In this document: piece after piece, positions 35,840 to 40,608 of the stretch
Position numbering within the stretch: position 1 is the first letter of the stretch
How the letters are laid out: each line of letters begins with the position of its first letter
Source: Streblomastix strix
Taxonomy: Eukaryota
Length of the DNA stretch: 40,608 bases
Assembly (NCBI GenBank): GCA_008636045.1
Contig: SNRW01000022.1
Coordinates: 1 to 40,608, forward strand
Reading direction: 5' to 3'
Notes under the pieces: model-generated
The model's input: the letters and a program-made list of their open reading frames with translations, nothing else
The model's database searches: none
Told to the model about the DNA's origin: nothing
Translations under genes and position numbers: made by a program

Positions 35840-36841
35840 TCACTATAGTGAGTACATTCCATTAATTATAACAGAATTTCCTGTTGACCAACTTATTTTT
35901 TGATTATTCCATACTTACCAGTAATAACCATCGGATGAACCATTAATTGTTAATAAAACATTCGTTGGATATGCAGAACCTTATGAAATAGAAATTTCTT
36001 AAAGTAGAAGATATTATTTTTCTAATGTTGGTCGAATATCTTATGGAATGCTTGTTGTAACTACTTTCTAACTGAATGATGTCTCAGATATTGTTAGAAT
36101 CATGTTAATAAACACCATATTTTACCATTTATAGACGAATTATGTTGAAAATTATGATGGAAATGAAACATTTGTATTCAAAGTTATTGAACTACAATAA
36201 TTAGTTAATAAAGTTGAAGGATAAATTACAAGATCATTTAACATTAATCTATCACCACTCATAGCTAATCCATGTTATGAATCATTACTTGGATTAATTA
36301 ATAAAGTATTTAATTTACTTGCTCTTATTGACCATTATCCACTTATGGCACCACTTTCTTAAGTATTTGAACAGCCAAGATATATACTAGAATTCTAATC
36401 CAATGTTGATTTTGCTAAATTTCTGCAAATTCTTATTCCATCAACATATTCAGCATCATAGTAAGGCCTAAAATTAAAATGATTCATATTAGTTTCAATT
36501 GTAAGCATAATTTATTAATTAGTACCATCTGGTTCTTTAAATGATTATGCTGTAACTTGATTTGTAAATGATTTAGTTCCAGTAATAGTTTATGCTGTGT
36601 TTAATGTTACTAAATGTGATAAATCTACTTATGATTTCTTAAAGAATTAACTAAAATAAGTAAAATATTTTATTATTTCATTATCTATTTATTAAGTTAT
36701 TTATTTTTATAACTTCTATAGTGATTCTATTTCTTATTATTATTTCTTCATCTTCTCATATTCTGATTTCATTTATTATAGTTCTTCTTCTGATGGATCC
36801 TCTAATTCAGTTATTTATTATTACTCAGCTTCTTCTTACAT
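35840..36841 (-). CDS. Short tail-fibre/receptor-binding-like protein (333 aa)
   Basis: Acidic coiled coil, then VDLSHLVTLNTAQTITGTKSF, DGIRICR...SSIYLGCS...GAISGQWSI, and a head VYKWQNMVFINM...IPQDIRP. Appears intact in code 6. Confidence 0.7.
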
Positions 36842-36883
36842 TAGTTTTCAACAAAAATAAACTATTTAATAGTGATATTATAT

Positions 36884-37778
36884 TCAAAAATCTTTTGAAC
36901 CAATATCTAATTCTATTTTATCTGATAATCTAACGAAATCTTTGTTAACTCGATATAACTTCCCGATATTATTCCATAATACGTTATCTAAGTTAGATAT
37001 AGAGACATTCTTGATGAGTACATCATCAACTCTTACAATCTCTTTCTTCTTGTATTTTTTTGAAGTACAGCTATTATATCTCATCAGTGGTTCTTCTATA
37101 ACAACTTCAATATCTTTCTCTTCTTCTTATGTTATTATTGACCAGAGTTTGATATAGTTATCATAGTTAAATATGAATTCTTCTCCTTNNNNNNNNNNTC
37201 CAGTAATATCCTCAGATGCTTATAATTTCTGTCTATAACTAGTTATAAGGTATCACATTGTAAGGAATAGGTGGTTAAGGCTTCTCAAATGTATGTTACA
37301 AGTAAAATCTTATTGACCAGAGTTTGATATAGTTATCAGAGTTAAATATGAAATCTTCACCTTTCTTACGAGAATCAACACAACTCCAAATCGTATCAAT
37401 GATGAATTTCTATATTTCTAAGTTAGGATGAGATAAGTATGTATCCTTAACAACTTATTCTGGTTCAACCTAAGCTGTTTCACGTGGAACTTCTTTATAT
37501 TTATTAATATTGTAACGATGTCTTCGTGGTCTTTCAGTTTATATCTCTCGTTGAGGTTCTTATTCCTCATCAGTGTTTAGATCTCTGTTTCGTACTGGTG
37601 TCTGAATCGAAGATTATATTTATAACTATGGAATTTACACAGCTTTCCTGAATCCATTCGTAATAACTTCATCAATTGCTTATAATCTGGCTTTATCTTC
37701 TTCTGATAATTCTTTCTTAACAGTACTAACATGTTTGCTTTTATGAACTCTAATTTGATTTGTTTGTACTGTTGTCAT
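36884..37778 (-). pseudogene. Hypothetical Maverick protein spanning an assembly gap
   Basis: MTTVQTNQIRVHKSK...QKFIIDTIWSCVDSRKKGEDFIFNSDNYIKLWSI...IEVVIEEPLMRYNSC.... Interrupted by the N-run and a local duplication. Confidence 0.55.
37189..37198. other. Assembly gap (10 N)
   Basis: Run of n characters, flanked by a near-duplicated ~55-bp segment (37135-37188 vs 37310-37363). Confidence 0.98.
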
Positions 37779-37848
37779 TTAATTTTGTGTTTAAATAAAA
37801 TCAATAACTATCTAATAAAATGAATCAAGCATAAGTATTAAAAATCTC

Positions 37849-38439
37849 ATGGAAAACGGAACTTCAATCGAATATTTCAATAATAGATATATTATGTAAG
37901 TTAAAGATAAGATCAAAGTATATGAAGAAGGAAAGAAAGCTGCGAGAACTCTGACTTAAGCATAATAAACTAAGTTATTATTAGAAGCAAGAGGTGGAGG
38001 TTAAACAAAACCAAAACGAACATTAAAAAGGCATGTTGAATAAAACAGTGATGAAGCAGAAGATGAGCAAGATTATCCAATGAATATAGAGAATGATGAT
38101 GAATGTGATGATTAATAAATTATCGTAGAATAGCCAAAGCAAACACCAAAACCAAAACCGATGAAAGCAATAAAGAAGTAGCCATAGATAAATTATACTT
38201 CTCCATCAGTAGATTTAGAGGAATTAATACGTTTACGAACAGAAAACTCATTTATTAAGTAATAATATCAAGAATCTATTAAGTAAGTTGAGAAATATAA
38301 AGTAAAAATAAGAGATTATAAATAAAAGAAACTTAGCGATGAATAAGCAGAGTAAATATAAACTCCACCATAAGAATTAGTTCCTGAATAATAAGAATAA
38401 CAATAAGAAATTAGATTTAATGAAATAGATTTATGGTGA
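37849..38439 (+). CDS. Hypothetical low-complexity/coiled-coil protein (~196 aa)
   Basis: Open code-6 frame MENGTSIEYFNNRY...SVDLEELIRLRTEN...EIDLW*. Confidence 0.55.
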
Positions 38440-38441
38440 AA

Positions 38442-38954
38442 TCACTCATTACTATCACGATCCTCATCAGTATCACGTTCATCATCACGATCTTCAGATG
38501 AATTATTAGGATTTTCTTATATATATCCTAGTTCTTTAAACACAACATGATCTTAATCAGTAATACTCAATAATTCCTATATTTTTATAACTTTCTCATC
38601 GTATTAATCAATTATTTTATGAATCCAAGCAAGTTTATCTCTATTTGGAATTACAATTCTTTATAAACGTTGAATTAGTAACAACTAAGAATTCGGAGCA
38701 TTATACTTATATTCAAGTGCTCTTTATTTATCCTTAGTATGATTAATTTTCTTCTTTATTCGTTATGCTTGTTTAGCATCTTCTTCAAATGCATACTTAC
38801 GTTTTCGAAGTTTCAAATTAGGAATTTAAGGTAATTCATCAGGTGATTTAAGTTTTGAGATATTATCAGCAAATATTTATAATTATTCTTCAGGGGATTT
38901 AACTGGAACACTAAATTACCACTTGCCTTTTTATGATTTTGGCACAATTGCCAT
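38442..38954 (-). CDS. Small basic putative DNA-binding protein with acidic tail (170 aa)
   Basis: ...LRKRKYAFEEDAKQAQRIKKK...QLLLIQRLQRIVI...; positional and sequence counterpart of 24309-24666. Confidence 0.55.
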
Positions 38955-39003
38955 GTTTCTATTTTTGATAAGAAATAAAAGAAAAATAATAAAAAATTAA
39001 ATT

Positions 39004-40178
39004 TCATATTTAAAAATATTATTTATATTTTTCATCTAATTATTGAATATTCTAAGCTATTAATTTACAATATTATATTGGTAATTCAATTATTTTTATA
39101 TCATTATATGGCTTTAATAATTTAGCAGTTACATTTCCATTAGAATACTTAATAAACTCAGCTAATTCATTGAAATTTCTTCTTTATTTAACGAACTAAT
39201 GACTTGTTTTTGAGTAATCAAGATGAATCATTAGCATATTTCCTGGTTAGAATGATAATAAGCCTTTGTTTTATTGTTGTTATTTAATTTCAAATAGTTT
39301 ATCTTATTGTTATCTTATATATTATCCTTCGATATCTTAGTTATCATTAACTTATTATGGTGAGTATTTATTATCATAAGCAGAATAAGGAATCTAATTA
39401 TAAATCTTAACCATATGCTACATCAAATCATTATCAGCGAATTTCTATGAATCATCACCAAAAGCATTACGAATCGTTCTAATAACTGAGTCAACAACTC
39501 TATTATGATTAGTGAACTTAGAATCAGTGAAGAATGAGGTAATTTTATGTTCTTAACAGAATGATTTCAATATATTTCCATTGAATCCCTTCTCATCATC
39601 ACCTCAGATATTAGTAACATGATAATTCTTAACTAATATTTACAAAGCATTCTTAATTTAGCCTGCTGATTTGTCTCTTAATGGGAAAACAACGAGATAT
39701 TTAGTGTTGATATTGATACAGAATAGATATATTTAATTTGTTCTGATAATACGTTCATCCATTGAGAATACTAAGTCAATTTCGTATGAACCAAGTTTTG
39801 GTGTGAAATACGGACGATTCAGCTTAGATAATGGCTTAATTTAGTAATCTGGAGGAATTTCCTGTATTTTATCAGGTGATTTACCATGAAGCTTCTTAAA
39901 ATGCTCTATTTTGGATTTGAATGGATAATTTAAGCTATCGTTTGATTTTGATTAATACTAATTTTATGCTTGAGTTCTTGGTTTGTTACGTAATCTTGGT
40001 ACACTTGATTAATCATGCTTTAAAATATACTGTTTATATAATTTCTCCAGTTATTTTTCATTCAATTTTCCTAGATTTTACTTGTTAAAATCTTATCAAA
40101 TTCTTAATATTTCATTTAATTCATGTTATGATAGGCAATATATTCAATCCATTAATCTATGTTTTCTTAGCGATTCAT
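39004..40178 (-). pseudogene. int: Retroviral-like (rve) Maverick integrase (TGA at 39604, frameshift near 40080)
   Basis: RPYFTPKLGSYEIDLVF...YLFCININTKYLVVFPIRDKS...NI*GDDEKGFN...NHNRVVDSVIRTIRNAFG. Confidence 0.88.
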
Positions 40179-40323
40179 TTTAGAAAATTCAAAAATACCT
40201 CGTTCTAATGGAGGTTTATATATATATATATGAAAATGAAACCAAATTATATAAAGAAATTAATAATAATGAGTTTATCAACCGCCATTGATGAATTCAA
40301 AGTTAAGAATTTCAAAAAGCATT

Positions 40324-40608
40324 TCATATATCAATCTTATATTAACTTGATTTTAAACCATAAATATATGGTGCACAAGCTTAATTTCTAAGAACTATTG
40401 TTTTTGTGTTGATTCCATTGATTCCTATTCTTTCTTATATGACTTGAGATAGTATTTCTTGTTTATGAATTAAAGATGTGTTATTTACTTTAGTTATTAA
40501 ATTTTTATTAATATTGTCTTCAAATTATTATTTATTTATTTATTTATTCTATTTTTGTTTTACTCCTTTCAATTTCATGGTTATTTTTTAATTCTTATTA
40601 TTATCCAT
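40324..40608 (-). pseudogene. polB: C-terminal end of the pPolB of element 2 (partial at window edge)
   Basis: MKLKGV...GINGINTKTIVLRNQACAPYIYGL matches the element 1 pPolB tail YCLKGI...SSIHNIMVKFENQCCAPFLYING. Same pPolB-then-integrase gene order. Confidence 0.75.

Larger units (their letters stand above)
25712..40608 (-). mobile_element. Maverick/Polinton endogenous virus, element 2 (partial, continues past window end)
   Basis: Second gene set: primase-helicase, MCP-like, ATPase, integrase and pPolB C-terminus. The left boundary is tentative (AGCAGTAATTTATGAAAAA at 25712 resembles the element 1 terminus). Confidence 0.82.

Noticed and set aside
4023..36841. Interpreting the region as a bacterial prophage because of the tail-fibre-like genes
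   Set aside because: No terminase, portal or tail-tube genes are present. The pPolB, rve integrase, A32 ATPase, pogo transposase and TAA/TAG=Gln code all indicate eukaryotic Mavericks.
37135..37363. ~55-bp duplication with ~110 bp of unrelated sequence between the copies
   Set aside because: It straddles the N gap, so it is most likely a scaffolding join of two slightly different copies rather than biology.
994..39007. Most ORFs in the supplied standard-code track (e.g. 994-1329, 2736-3020, 8522-8752, 9542-9742, 13801-14073, 22651-22965, 31327-31518, 38813-39007)
   Set aside because: They lie in TIRs, repeats or MITEs, or antisense or out of frame to table-6 genes. Only a few (5030, 6267, 11935, 22048, 26687, 28658, 36884, part of 20629) are in-frame fragments of real genes.
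40208..40412. Plus-strand short ORF (MEVYIYIYENETKLY...)
   Set aside because: It overlaps antisense the pPolB C-terminus (40324-40608), which has homology support; there is no independent evidence for this ORF.

Overview
AT-rich eukaryotic (protist) DNA that reads with TAA/TAG = Gln and TGA as the only stop (translation table 6). Most of the supplied standard-code ORF track is therefore fragments or antisense noise. An oxymonad such as Streblomastix is a likely host, but that is inference, and ciliates or hexamitid diplomonads are not excluded. Almost the whole window is two adjacent, distantly related, decaying Maverick/Polinton-type endogenous viruses. Element 1 (~1017-25184) is bounded by AGTAGT...ACTACT inverted termini. 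It carries a truncated primase-polymerase, several phage-tail-fibre-like genes, a small amphipathic protein, a putative major capsid protein (MCP), KilA-N, a packaging ATPase, a protein-primed DNA polymerase B (pPolB) and a retroviral-like integrase. It has been invaded by a pogo-like transposon and two TA-targeting MITEs, and is punctuated by about 8 copies of a ~90-bp intergenic repeat. Element 2 (~25712 to beyond the window end, mostly minus strand) carries a primpol-D5 helicase, a putative MCP, an adenovirus protein VI-like peptide, two fibre genes, an ATPase, an integrase and the pPolB C-terminus. A short helicase remnant lies between the two elements. All translations and alignments were done by eye, so boundaries of disrupted genes are approximate.
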